From an uncultured Rhizobium sp. (GTDB taxonomy: Bacteria > Pseudomonadota > Alphaproteobacteria > Caulobacterales > Hyphomonadaceae): 64,000 nucleotides of DNA. Position 1 is the first letter of the stretch. Every line of letters begins with the position of its first letter. The position numbers and the translations under genes are program-made. The stretch lies in assembly GCA_964550535.1 (NCBI GenBank), contig CAZJZQ010000001.1:2099-66098 (forward strand), in the 5' to 3' direction. Of the stretch, positions 27,494 to 37,714 are shown in pieces. The notes beneath the pieces were generated by a model. That model ran no database searches, was not told the DNA's origin, and saw nothing but the letters and a program-made list of their open reading frames with translations.

Positions 27494-28267
27494 CTAAGCC
27501 ATGAACGCCGCGAAGGCGCGTGCGAGATAGACGACCGCCACGATGGTGATCAGCCATTTCGTCCATTCGCGGAAGCTGGCGTCGGTCATCCTGTCCAGGA
27601 TACGTCCGCCCGCCCATGTGCCGGCGAGAGATAGCGGTATCACTGCCACGAACATCCACATCGGAGGTAATTGCGCCGCGCTGTAGTTCTCGGGCGAACG
27701 GATCGTTTCGAGCAGCGGCAGACCCCAGAAACCGATCTTCATCGCGTGGGCGAGAACCTGCGTAGCTGACTTGGTCGCAACCACGGCTTGCCGTGTCATT
27801 TGCGTTTTGGCGAAGAACAGATCGAGCAGCGGCCCCGCCACCCCGGCCAGGGTGTTCACCAACTGAACCAGCAATCCGCACAGTTCAGCCTGATAGCGGT
27901 GAGCCACGTCGAGTGTGAGGTGACGCCGGGGTATCCACACGAGCAGTCCTGTCAGGCCAAGCAGCAGAAAAACCACTGGCCGCGAAGGACGCCAGGACAG
28001 CATCGCGATGATGACCGCCGCGAACAGAACGCCCAACGCGTAGCGTCCCAGAATTTGCCAGGAAATGTGACGCCGCAAAAGCGCGGCGCGTGACCCGTTG
28101 GAGATGATCTGGATGAAACCATGCATCACCATGGCTGTGGCCACGGGCGTAAACGTCGCCAGCACGCCCATAAGGATCAGTCCGCCCGCCATCCCGAAAA
28201 TGCCGGAGATGACGGCGGTGACGAAAGCGGCCCCCAGGATGATTGCAACGACTGTTGGACCCATCGG
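27494..28267 (-). CDS. TauE/SafE (DUF81) family anion exporter membrane protein
   Basis: Polytopic membrane protein with ISGIFGMAGGLILMGVL and a second LAGVAGPLLD half-repeat. The start is taken at MGPTVVAII (28267). Confidence 0.8.
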   Translation of the reverse strand, partial: PMGPTVVAIILGAAFVTAVISGIFGMAGGLILMGVLATFTPVATAMVMHGFIQIISNGSRAALLRRHISWQILGRYALGVLFAAVIIAMLSWRPSRPVVFLLLGLTGLLVWIPRRHLTLDVAHRYQAELCGLLVQLVNTLAGVAGPLLDLFFAKTQMTRQAVVATKSATQVLAHAMKIGFWGLPLLETIRSPENYSAAQLPPMWMFVAVIPLSLAGTWAGGRILDRMTDASFREWTKWLITIVAVVYLARAFAAFMA

Positions 28268-28398
28268 GAAAAATTCGATTTGAAGGCAACCGGAAGCGCA
28301 GGCCGCCAGTTTGAAAGGCGCCAAGTGCAAAGATGGACGTCCGAACTTGCACAACAGCGCGGCCAGTTCCACTCTTCATGAGTCGCATGGAGGCGTCG

Positions 28399-28968
28399 AT
28401 GATCCTCATTCGCAATGCCCAGGCCGCCGATGCGCAGGGTATTGCGCGCGTGCACGAGCGGACCTGGAAAGAGTCTTATCGCGGGCTCCTGGAGAAGGCC
28501 TATCTGGAGGGGATCAGCGAGCAGCGGCTGACGGCGCGCTGGCGCACCAATCTGTCCCAGCTTCACGAAAACCGGGACGAGGCCGCATTCGTGGCCGCAT
28601 GCGGTCGCGACATCATTGGTTTCGTTACCGCCGGCGTTTGCCGGGAGGCCTTTGCGCCATGGGATGGTGAGATCACCATGATCTACGTCCTGAAGGAGCA
28701 CAGGGGAGGCGGTCTGGGCCGCGAACTGATGAAGGCGGCTGCGGATCATTGCATCCGCCGCGGCCTTTTTTCGGTCGGCCTCTGGGTGCTGCGGGACAAC
28801 GGCGCGGCGCGGGACTTCTATGAAGCCCAGCACGGCGAGCATGCCGGCCGGAAAACGGACAGTGTTGGCGGCCGGATCGTCCCACTGGTCGGTTACTGGT
28901 GGCGGGACGCGGCCACGCTGGCTGAACGGACAGCACCGGATATCGTCATAGGCCCGGCCGAGGACTGA
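28399..28968 (+). CDS. GNAT-family N-acetyltransferase
   Basis: MILIRNAQAADAQGIARVHERTW...ITMIYVLKEHRGGGLGRELMKAAADH, the acetyl-CoA binding R/Q-x-x-G-x-G/A motif. GGAGG lies 6 nt before ATG 28399. Confidence 0.8.
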   Translation: MILIRNAQAADAQGIARVHERTWKESYRGLLEKAYLEGISEQRLTARWRTNLSQLHENRDEAAFVAACGRDIIGFVTAGVCREAFAPWDGEITMIYVLKEHRGGGLGRELMKAAADHCIRRGLFSVGLWVLRDNGAARDFYEAQHGEHAGRKTDSVGGRIVPLVGYWWRDAATLAERTAPDIVIGPAED

Positions 28969-29152
28969 ACCGCCCGGTCCGCCGTACCGAATATTCGAAA
29001 ATCGGTTGTGGGCGCCATTTACTTGCTCCTGACCCAAGGATACCGGTGATCTACCACAAGGCGACAGGCTGGCCGGCTTCGCGCTGTTCCGGACACGGGG
29101 TCCGGGCTGACGCGCGGGGCGCTGTCACGGCTGGCATTCCAGGGAGGAAGCC

Positions 29153-30433
<1,281 letters not shown>

Positions 30434-30467
30434 GCCTGCCGCAGACGTTACTGTCTGAATCCTCTGG

Positions 30468-30507
30468 CCCCGATGTGAGCTCCGTGCTTGCATCGGGGTT
30501 CTGCTTT
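30468..30507 (+). terminator. candidate intrinsic terminator after the acyl-CoA dehydrogenase gene
   Basis: CCCCGATG-15 nt-CATCGGGG stem followed by TTCTGCTTT. The loop is long, so confidence is only moderate. Confidence 0.45.
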
Positions 30508-30522
30508 ATGGGGAGCACGGCG

Positions 30523-30846
30523 ATGCGTATCCGGTTGCCGGGCCTGATGATGGCGGCTGCGGTCCTTGCATTCGTTCAAAGTTCGCAGGCTCATGCGCAG
30601 GTGGTGCGCGGCGATCAGGTCGTCGTTTCCGCGAATATGATCAGCCGGGACTCGGGCGCGATCCCGCGGGTGTCGTTCATTGTCCGCGCCGATTTCGTTC
30701 TTTTCACCGTCTCGCTCGAGTCTGGTTTGCGGTCGCAACCAGGGCGCGAGAACGAACTGATCCGGACGTTCCAGAGCTACACTCAGCGCGCGAACCGCTC
30801 GAACGATGTCGATATCGAAGTGGGACAGCCGGGCAATTCCGCGTGA
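30523..30846 (+). CDS. small hypothetical secreted protein
   Basis: 107 aa with signal peptide MRIRLPGLMMAAAVLAFVQSSQAHA. I recognise no family, and it could be non-coding or a remnant. Confidence 0.4.
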   Translation: MRIRLPGLMMAAAVLAFVQSSQAHAQVVRGDQVVVSANMISRDSGAIPRVSFIVRADFVLFTVSLESGLRSQPGRENELIRTFQSYTQRANRSNDVDIEVGQPGNSA

Positions 30847-31019
30847 TCAGCTGCGCTGTCGGGCCTCTGGGTATGGAGATCTATATTCCATACCGGATGT
30901 CCCTCGTTTCCGGTCGCGAGTAGGCGTCGCGATCATGTTCCGGTGACTGCGAGCGGGCAGACTTTCTGTCTGCGCGCCCCGTGATAGCCTCCCCGCAAAA
31001 TATAATGAGGGAGAGGACG

Positions 31020-32060
31020 ATGCAGCAGGTAAGGTCCTATCATGCACTGCTTGCCGCTGCGTCATTGCTGTGCGCGCCCGGCGCATATGCGGACCAAGTG
31101 GCCGCCGGAGGATCGCGCGGCGACCTGAATGGCGTCTGGACCAACACATCGCTGACGTCGCTGTCCAGGCCGGAGGGCGTCTCGAAGCTGGTGCTGACCG
31201 AAGCCGAAGCTGCGGACGTGATTACCAGGACCACGGTCGCGGGCTTTGCACCCGAGGGCGGGCCGGTGGAGGCTTATTCCGACCCCAACGCCGGCCCCCC
31301 GCCGGCGGGCGGAAGCGATTTCGGGGTAAAAGCCTACGATCAGTTCTGGGTTGCGCCGGGGGATCGCCTGGCGGTGGTGAAGGGAGAGATCAGGTCATCG
31401 TACATCGTGTCGCCGGACAACGGCCGCGTGCCAATGCGCACGGATGCTGAATCGCTCCGCCGCAACTCGCGTAGTCCGTCGCGTTACGCGACCGGAATTG
31501 GAGGCAATGAGGGACCGGAGGCGTTGCCTTTGTCGGAGCGATGCCTGATCGGCTTCGGCAACACCGGCGGCCCTGGCATGCTATCGACGCTTTACAACAA
31601 CACCTACCAGTTCGTGCAGACGCCGGAGCACGTGATGATCCTGGTGGAGATGGTGCATGACGCGCGCATCATCCCGACATTCGACTCGGCCGATGAAGCC
31701 CGAGCCAACCGCCGGCCGCGAGCGATCGAGCCATGGCTGGGCGACAGCGTTGGCTGGTATGAAGACGGCACGCTGGTCGTTGAGACAACAAACATCCGGG
31801 ACGATCAGGTGCGCGTCAGCTCGATCCCCATTTCGCCGGGCGGCCGCATGATCGAGCGGTTCACGCGGATTTCCGGCAACGAGATATTCTATACGTTCGA
31901 GGTGGACGACCCGGCCAATTACACCCAGCGGTGGAAGGCCGAGCTTAGCTTCTACCCGGCCAAGGGCGGGCTCTACGAATACGCCTGTCACGAGGGCAAT
32001 TACGCCATGCCCGGCATTCTGTTCGGCGCCCGGCTGGAGGAACGCGAGGCGCAGCGATAA
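31020..32060 (+). CDS. hypothetical exported protein (conserved-looking, no recognised domain)
   Basis: 346 aa with signal peptide MQQVRSYHALLAAASLLCAPGAYA. A GGGAGAGG SD is present, GC3 coding bias is good, and the C-terminus carries YEYACHEGNYAMPGIL. Confidence 0.65.
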   Translation: MQQVRSYHALLAAASLLCAPGAYADQVAAGGSRGDLNGVWTNTSLTSLSRPEGVSKLVLTEAEAADVITRTTVAGFAPEGGPVEAYSDPNAGPPPAGGSDFGVKAYDQFWVAPGDRLAVVKGEIRSSYIVSPDNGRVPMRTDAESLRRNSRSPSRYATGIGGNEGPEALPLSERCLIGFGNTGGPGMLSTLYNNTYQFVQTPEHVMILVEMVHDARIIPTFDSADEARANRRPRAIEPWLGDSVGWYEDGTLVVETTNIRDDQVRVSSIPISPGGRMIERFTRISGNEIFYTFEVDDPANYTQRWKAELSFYPAKGGLYEYACHEGNYAMPGILFGARLEEREAQR

Positions 32061-32115
32061 GCCGGGGACGCTGCATGACGTTGCGAAATCCGGGATTGCG
32101 GCGTAGTCGCGAAGG

Positions 32116-32844
32116 ATGATCTCGCCCCGTTTCGCCCGCCGTATCGCCTGGCTGCACAAATGGCTAGGCCTTATCGTGGGTGCGCAGCTCCTGATCTGGA
32201 CGGCCACCGGCCTGTTCTTCTCGGTCTTCCCGATTGAACAGATCCGGGGCGATCACCTCGTGCGCCCGGCGGCGACCCAAATGGTGGACCTCTCCCGCCT
32301 GAAACTGAGTGTCAACGAGGCTTTGGCGTCCGTAGCGGAGAACCGGCCCGAGCGGGTTGTCCTGCGCTCCATGGCAGGCGAGCCTGTCTATGAAATCCGC
32401 GCCGAAATCGGCGTGTTCGTCGTATCGGGCGAAACCGGTGCGCTGCTTTCGCCCATTGATGAGGCGCGCGCAGGCGCGATCGCACAGGCTGCGTGGACAC
32501 AAGAGGAAGCATTACGGTCGCTTGAGCTGGTGGAGCAGGCGCCGCGCGAAGCGGGCATCGCCGGTTCCGTATGGATCGCCAGCTTCGATGGAAGCGGCGA
32601 TCGCAAACTCTACATCAATGCGGCGACGGGCGAACTCGGCCCTGTACGCACCGATCTGTGGCGCACCTATGACGTCCTGTGGTCGCTGCACATAATGGAC
32701 TACGAGACGCGCGAGAATTTCAATCATCCCTTGATTGTCGCCGCCGCTTTTCTTGCGCTGTCTGTTGTGCTGTTCGGCATCGTGCTGCTGGTTCACCGCT
32801 TTACGCGCCGTGTTCTAACCCGTAGCCGCGACATAGGCGAATAG
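32116..32844 (+). CDS. PepSY-domain membrane protein
   Basis: N-terminal RRIAWLHKWLGLIVGAQLLIWTATGLFF (PepSY-associated TM helix), periplasmic PepSY-like segments, and a C-terminal TM helix. Confidence 0.7.
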   Translation: MISPRFARRIAWLHKWLGLIVGAQLLIWTATGLFFSVFPIEQIRGDHLVRPAATQMVDLSRLKLSVNEALASVAENRPERVVLRSMAGEPVYEIRAEIGVFVVSGETGALLSPIDEARAGAIAQAAWTQEEALRSLELVEQAPREAGIAGSVWIASFDGSGDRKLYINAATGELGPVRTDLWRTYDVLWSLHIMDYETRENFNHPLIVAAAFLALSVVLFGIVLLVHRFTRRVLTRSRDIGE

Positions 32845-32904
32845 CGCTTCCAGCGTGGGGCTCGTCATGCCATCACGCTTCACCAGCAAACAACGGAGCG
32901 TCGT

Positions 32905-33705
32905 ATGACGGACCAGTCTGAATTCCAGCGGGGCGGCGAGCGGATCGCCAAATATCTGGCCAGCGCCGGCGTTGCGTCGCGGCGAGAGGTGGAGAAACTG
33001 ATCGCGGCTGGCCGCGTGTCGGTCGATGGCAAGGTGCTGGATACGCCTGCGTTCAAGGTCACAGGCTCCGAGCGCATTCTCGTTGACGGCGCGCAGGTCG
33101 GCAAACCTGACCGCACGCGCCTCTGGCGTTATCACAAACCGGTCGGCCTGGTGACGACCAACCGCGATCCCGATGGCCGTCCAACCGTCTTCGAACATCT
33201 GCCACCCAACCTCCCGCGTGTGGTGACCATCGGCCGCCTCGATCTTAACACTGAAGGGCTTCTCCTTCTCACCAATGACGGAGAATTGGCGCGCGCACTG
33301 GAGCTGCCGGCGACAGGGCTGGAACGGCGCTACCGCGCACGCGCGTTCGGAAAAGTCGCGCAGAAAGACCTCGATATCCTGCGCGACGGAATCACCTATG
33401 AGGGTGTCACTTACCGGTCGATCATTGCGAAACTGGACAGCTCAACCGGCGTCAATTCGTGGATCGACATGACGTTGGTTGAAGGAAAGAAGCGCGAAGC
33501 GCGCCGCGCGCTGGAAAGCCTCGGCCTGCGCGTGAGCCGCCTGATCCGTGTGTCTTATGGTCCGATCGAGTTGGGTGATCTTGCAGTAGGCGAGATTGAA
33601 GAAGTTCCCGCTATGGATCTGCTGGCTGCTTTCGGTGAAATCATGCCCGACGCCCGCAGGCCGGATCCGCAAGCCTCGCGCGGGCGCTCACGCCGCAAGT
33701 CGTGA
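32905..33705 (+). CDS. RluB/RsuA-family rRNA pseudouridine synthase
   Basis: S4 domain RIAKYLASAGVASRREVEKLIAAGRVSVDG and catalytic motif GRLDLNTEGLLLLTNDG. Confidence 0.9.
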   Translation: MTDQSEFQRGGERIAKYLASAGVASRREVEKLIAAGRVSVDGKVLDTPAFKVTGSERILVDGAQVGKPDRTRLWRYHKPVGLVTTNRDPDGRPTVFEHLPPNLPRVVTIGRLDLNTEGLLLLTNDGELARALELPATGLERRYRARAFGKVAQKDLDILRDGITYEGVTYRSIIAKLDSSTGVNSWIDMTLVEGKKREARRALESLGLRVSRLIRVSYGPIELGDLAVGEIEEVPAMDLLAAFGEIMPDARRPDPQASRGRSRRKS

Positions 33706-33769
33706 TCCTGCGGCGTCTTGCGCCCAGGCTGCGGGCGGATAGCGTTCGGGGCGGCAGGAGGTCCATTCA

Positions 33770-34384
33770 ATGAAGCTCTATGTCGCGGACAGGGCGCCCA
33801 ATCCGGACCGCGTGAAATTCTTCCTGCGCGAGAAGGGCGTCTGGGAGTCGATTGAACGTGTCGAGATTTCGATCATCAAGCAGGAGCATCGCGATCCAAC
33901 CTACCGCGAGATGAGTCCTCTGTCGCATGTGCCGGTTCTGCATTTCAGCGACGGCGCCGCGATTACGGAGAGCAGGGCGATCTGCACCTTCTTTGAAGGC
34001 GAGTATCCAGAGCCCAACCTCATGGGCCGCGGCCATCGCGAACGCGCGCACATCGAGATGTGGGACCGGCGTATCGAACTCATGTATCTGCTGCCGGTCG
34101 CGCACTGGTTCCGCAATTCACATCCGGCGATGGCGGAGCTGGAGAAACCACAATGCACGGATTGGGCGGAGATCAGTTCCGGCCGCGCGCGGAATATGGC
34201 CGTCTTTCTGGACCAGCACCTTGCAGATTCGCAATTCGTTGCGGGCGCCCGGTTCACCATCGCGGACATCACCCTGCATGTCGCGCTGGGGTTTGGCCGG
34301 CTGGTGAAGTTCAAACCGTGGGAAGAACACGCCAACATCGCAGCGTGGCGTGAACGGATGCTGGCGCGCCCCGCGCTGGCCTAG
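33770..34384 (+). CDS. glutathione S-transferase
   Basis: 204 aa with thioredoxin-like N-terminal and helical C-terminal GST pattern (...VPVLHFSDGAAITESRAI...FTIADITLHV...). Confidence 0.85.
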   Translation: MKLYVADRAPNPDRVKFFLREKGVWESIERVEISIIKQEHRDPTYREMSPLSHVPVLHFSDGAAITESRAICTFFEGEYPEPNLMGRGHRERAHIEMWDRRIELMYLLPVAHWFRNSHPAMAELEKPQCTDWAEISSGRARNMAVFLDQHLADSQFVAGARFTIADITLHVALGFGRLVKFKPWEEHANIAAWRERMLARPALA

Positions 34385-34809
34385 GCTTTTGGCTTCAGGC
34401 GCGTGATAACCGATGTAAAACTGAGGCAAGGACGGCCATTCGCTGTGATGAGGCCGCGCACATAGATGATACGGCCGCCAGCACGCGTAATCTCGCCCGT
34501 TGCTTCCAGCATGTCGCCAAGCTCGCCTGGTCCAAGGAAGTCGCCACTGAGGTTGACCGTTACTGCGCGTCCGGCAATGGCGTCCTCCGCGATGGCGAAC
34601 ACTGAAAAATCGGCAAAGGTCAGCAGGCAGCCGCCATGCACCGCGCCGCCTCCATTGATATGCCGGGACTCGACGAGAAAGCGGCAGATAACCTCACCGG
34701 TTTCTGTCCGGCGGGCATAGAACGGGCCGGCGTGAGCCTCGAAATTGTCGTGGGGCCAAGTCGTCCAGCCCTTGAATACGCCTTCTGCTACAACTGTACC
34801 CGGGATCAT
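34381..34809 (-). CDS. PaaI-family hotdog-fold thioesterase
   Basis: ...INGGGAVHGGCLLTFADFSVF... The start is taken at MIPGTVV (34809). The longer track ORF runs antisense into the SRAP gene. Confidence 0.75.
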   Translation of the reverse strand: MIPGTVVAEGVFKGWTTWPHDNFEAHAGPFYARRTETGEVICRFLVESRHINGGGAVHGGCLLTFADFSVFAIAEDAIAGRAVTVNLSGDFLGPGELGDMLEATGEITRAGGRIIYVRGLITANGRPCLSFTSVITRLKPKA

Positions 34810-34927
34810 CGGCACCGCCCTATTATCTGTGTTGGCTACAGGCCTAACGGGGCGGGGGCGGATTGTCATGCCTTGGGGCGGACGCCAGCCCGGTTTATGG
34901 TGCTTGCCGCAAGGAGGCCGAACGGCG

Positions 34928-35623
34928 ATGTGCGGCAAGTTCACCCAGATGATCGCATGGGCCAGCGTTGTCGAATGGCGGTGTGAGTTTGCGGAGCGGG
35001 ACGACGCGATTGTCACGGCTACGCCCATGCGGAGCGTCAGTGTCATCCGTCTGGACGCCAGTGGCCAGCGGGAAGCGGCGCCCATGCGGTGGGGCTTCGT
35101 CGATAGCAGGCCCGGCGCGCCGGATGTTCCCCGGCACATGCATGCCCGCTGCGAGACCGTCGATCAGTTGCCGGCCTTCGCAGACGCATTTGCCAGCCGC
35201 CGCGCCATCGTGCTGGTTCACTCATTCAATGAAGGCGAGGAGGCCGATGTCCTGTACGACGACGGAACGCCCTCTGGACGAAAATGGACGCGCCAATGGA
35301 CGTTCATCCCGACTGCCGTCGCGCTCGCTTTTGCTGTGATCTGGCAACCTGCGGAGGTCGCTGGCCGGACCATCGACACCTTCGTCCTGATTACCACCCC
35401 TGCGAACGAACTGGTCGGGAAGATCACTGATCGCATGCCGGCGATCCTCCGCCCGGAGGATTGGGAGGTCTGGCTGGGCGAAACGCGCGCGCCGCTGGCG
35501 GAGGTGAAAGCCCTGCTGCGCCCGTGGGGGGGCACGTCCGGCTGGTCTATGGAGTTGCAGGCCCCTGCGAAGAAGCCGCCGCGTCCGAAGAACCCGGCCT
35601 CTCGCCAGGGTGAGTTATTTTAG
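34928..35623 (+). CDS. SOS-response-associated peptidase (SRAP/YedK, abasic-site crosslinking)
   Basis: Starts MCGKF, giving the catalytic Cys2 after Met removal. ...PMRWGF..., ~231 aa. The start at ATG 34928 lies within track ORF 34745..35623. Confidence 0.85.
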   Translation: MCGKFTQMIAWASVVEWRCEFAERDDAIVTATPMRSVSVIRLDASGQREAAPMRWGFVDSRPGAPDVPRHMHARCETVDQLPAFADAFASRRAIVLVHSFNEGEEADVLYDDGTPSGRKWTRQWTFIPTAVALAFAVIWQPAEVAGRTIDTFVLITTPANELVGKITDRMPAILRPEDWEVWLGETRAPLAEVKALLRPWGGTSGWSMELQAPAKKPPRPKNPASRQGELF

Positions 35624-35641
35624 CTTTTTACTGGATCCGAC

Positions 35642-35717
35642 TGGCAGGGGCGGAGGGACTCGAACCCACGACACCCGGTTTTGGAGACCGGTACTCTACC
35701 AACTGAGCTACACCCCT
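35642..35717 (-). tRNA. trnW: tRNA-Trp (anticodon CCA)
   Basis: The reverse complement AGGGGTGTAGCTCAGTTGGTAGAGTACCGGTCTCCAAAACCGGGTGTCGTGGGTTCGAGTCCCTCCGCCCCTGCCA folds as a cloverleaf. The anticodon loop is CTCCAAA, CCA is encoded, and the sequence is near-identical in pattern to E. coli tRNA-Trp. Confidence 0.95.
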
Positions 35718-35855
35718 GTAGGTCGGAAAGCAGCCCATACGCGAACCGCGCCGGTAGTTCAAGGCGGTGTAACCGCAGCCCGGAAATCAGGCGTTTCAAC
35801 GGAATAGGCGGTATTCCAGCGACGCATCACCGGCCAGAAGGCCGCGTTTCGCCAC

Positions 35856-36770
35856 TCAGGCCTGCCAGCGGGCATAAAGTCCGGTCGGCAGGACAAAGCC
35901 TCGCCCGGTTTCCTGAATAGCCATTTCGCCGTGGGTGATCTGGCCGCCCATGCCGTCCATCGCGGTTTCCAGCGTCTGGGCGACGGACAGGAAGCTGAGC
36001 CGGACGGCATAAACGGTGGCGATGACGAACAATGGCTGATCCGACATGAGCCTGCGAACATTGTCGAGAAGCGGCGCGAAGCCTTCCTCGAATTTCCAGG
36101 TTTCACCCTTGGGGCCCCGTCCGAATTTGGGGGGATCGAGTACGATGGCGTCATAGGTTCGCTCGCGACGGATTTCCCGCTCGACGAACTTCATGGCGTC
36201 GTCGCAGATCCAGCGGATCGGGGCGTCTTCGATGCCGGACAGCACCTGATTTTCTCGTCCATGCCCGATCGATTTGGGCGAGGCGTCCAGATGAACCACC
36301 TCGGCCCCTGCCTTGGCGCAGGCCAGACTCATCATCCCCGTATAGCCAAAGAGGTTCAGCACACGCACCGGACGGCGGGCATTCCTGATCTGCTCGGCCG
36401 CCCAGCGCCAGTGTACGGAATGCTCCGGGAATACGCCCATGTGACGAAACGCGGCGCAGCGCGCATTCAGCTTCAGGCTGTCCCAACCAATCTGCCACTG
36501 GTCCGCTGGAGGTTTGCCGGGGAAGGCCCAGGCGCCGCGTTCGTCCTCATCATCGCGCGAGGCGAACACGGCATCGGCTTTCCAGCTGGCGACGGGCTGC
36601 TGCGGCCGCCACATCGCCTGCGCGTCGGGACGATCAAAACGGTATCGGCCAAAACGTTCAAGCTTGCGGCCATCACCGCTGTCCAGCAGTTCGTAGTCGC
36701 GCCAGTCGTCGGATACGAGGAGTTCGAAACGGCTCAACGGTTCGCTCCCGCATACCCGCCGGCTCGCCAC
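35856..36770 (-). CDS. class I SAM-dependent (RlmI/RlmK-like) RNA methyltransferase
   Basis: VLNLFGYTGMMSLACAKAGAEVVHLDASPKSI...DAIVLDPPKFGRGP. The alternative TTG start at 36737 makes a TTGA overlap with the upstream stop. Confidence 0.8.
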   Translation of the reverse strand: MASRRVCGSEPLSRFELLVSDDWRDYELLDSGDGRKLERFGRYRFDRPDAQAMWRPQQPVASWKADAVFASRDDEDERGAWAFPGKPPADQWQIGWDSLKLNARCAAFRHMGVFPEHSVHWRWAAEQIRNARRPVRVLNLFGYTGMMSLACAKAGAEVVHLDASPKSIGHGRENQVLSGIEDAPIRWICDDAMKFVEREIRRERTYDAIVLDPPKFGRGPKGETWKFEEGFAPLLDNVRRLMSDQPLFVIATVYAVRLSFLSVAQTLETAMDGMGGQITHGEMAIQETGRGFVLPTGLYARWQA

Positions 36771-37618
36771 GCTTCGTAGATCATGACGCTGGCCGCGCTT
36801 GCCAGGTTCAGGCTGTCGGCAGCGCCCGCCATCGGAATCCGCACCAGCGTATCGCAGACCGCTTCGACATGGCTGGGCAGGCCAGACTGTTCATTGCCCA
36901 TCATGACAACGGATTTCTCGCCATAAGCCGCCTGGTCGTGACGCATGGTTCCGTGCATCGACGCCGCCAGAAGCCGCGCGCCGGTATTTTTTCGCCAGGC
37001 GTCAAACGCGCCGAAATCTGTCTCCGTCAGTTTCATGGCGAACAGCGAACCCATTGTGGCGCGCACGGCCTCGACGGAAAACGGGTCGCAGCAATTGCCG
37101 ACAAGGATGATCCCGCTTACGCCCGCCGCGTCGGCCGTGCGGATCACGGTTCCCAGATTTCCGGGGTCGCGGACTTCGTAAAGGGCGACCCACCTGCGGG
37201 GACCATTGGCGGGAAAATCGGCCAGCATGGACAGGCGTTGCTTGAAGGCGGCGATCACTGTTTGCGGGTTGTCCTTGCGCGAGACCGCTTCCATCACCTT
37301 GGCGGAGGCTGTCAGCGTCCGGGCGCCAGAGGCTTTCATGCGGTCGAGCAGGGCGCGGGTGGTGGGGCGCTCCAATGCTGCCTGACCCGCGAGCGCGTAG
37401 GCGGGAACCCAGTCGTGGGCGAGGGCTTCTTCGACCAGCCGGGCCCCTTCCGCCAGAAAGAGACCAGATTCCGCGCGGGCTTTCTTGCGGTCCAGCGATT
37501 TCAATAGTTTGACGACCGGATTCGCGGGACTGGAGATATGCTCGAACGCAGGCTCCCCGGATCGTCCCGCAGGAGAATCCGCATGCTTTTTAGGCGTTTT
37601 GTAGGAAGGGTGTGTCAC
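36734..37618 (-). CDS. TrmH/SpoU-family RNA 2'-O-methyltransferase (RlmB-like)
   Basis: SpoU motifs LYEVRDPGNLGTVIRTADAAG, VMMGNEQSGLP, IPMAGAADSLNLASAASVMIYE. Confidence 0.85.
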   Translation of the reverse strand: MTHPSYKTPKKHADSPAGRSGEPAFEHISSPANPVVKLLKSLDRKKARAESGLFLAEGARLVEEALAHDWVPAYALAGQAALERPTTRALLDRMKASGARTLTASAKVMEAVSRKDNPQTVIAAFKQRLSMLADFPANGPRRWVALYEVRDPGNLGTVIRTADAAGVSGIILVGNCCDPFSVEAVRATMGSLFAMKLTETDFGAFDAWRKNTGARLLAASMHGTMRHDQAAYGEKSVVMMGNEQSGLPSHVEAVCDTLVRIPMAGAADSLNLASAASVMIYEAWRAGGYAGANR

Positions 37619-37714
37619 GAGGGGGCCGCTGTTCCGAACGCCTCAGGTCTATGTATGTTGGCGCGGCTAGGGAAGCCGTACCAGGCAAGTTCGCGAAAGT
37701 GAGCCGGGTAACCG

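Noticed and set aside
28988-28997. Perfect 10-bp palindrome CGAATATTCG (within TACCGAATATTCGAAAATCGGTT) upstream of the acyl-CoA dehydrogenase gene
   Set aside because: It is short enough to occur by chance. It lies 155 nt from the start codon and no regulator gene is adjacent, so a function cannot be supported.
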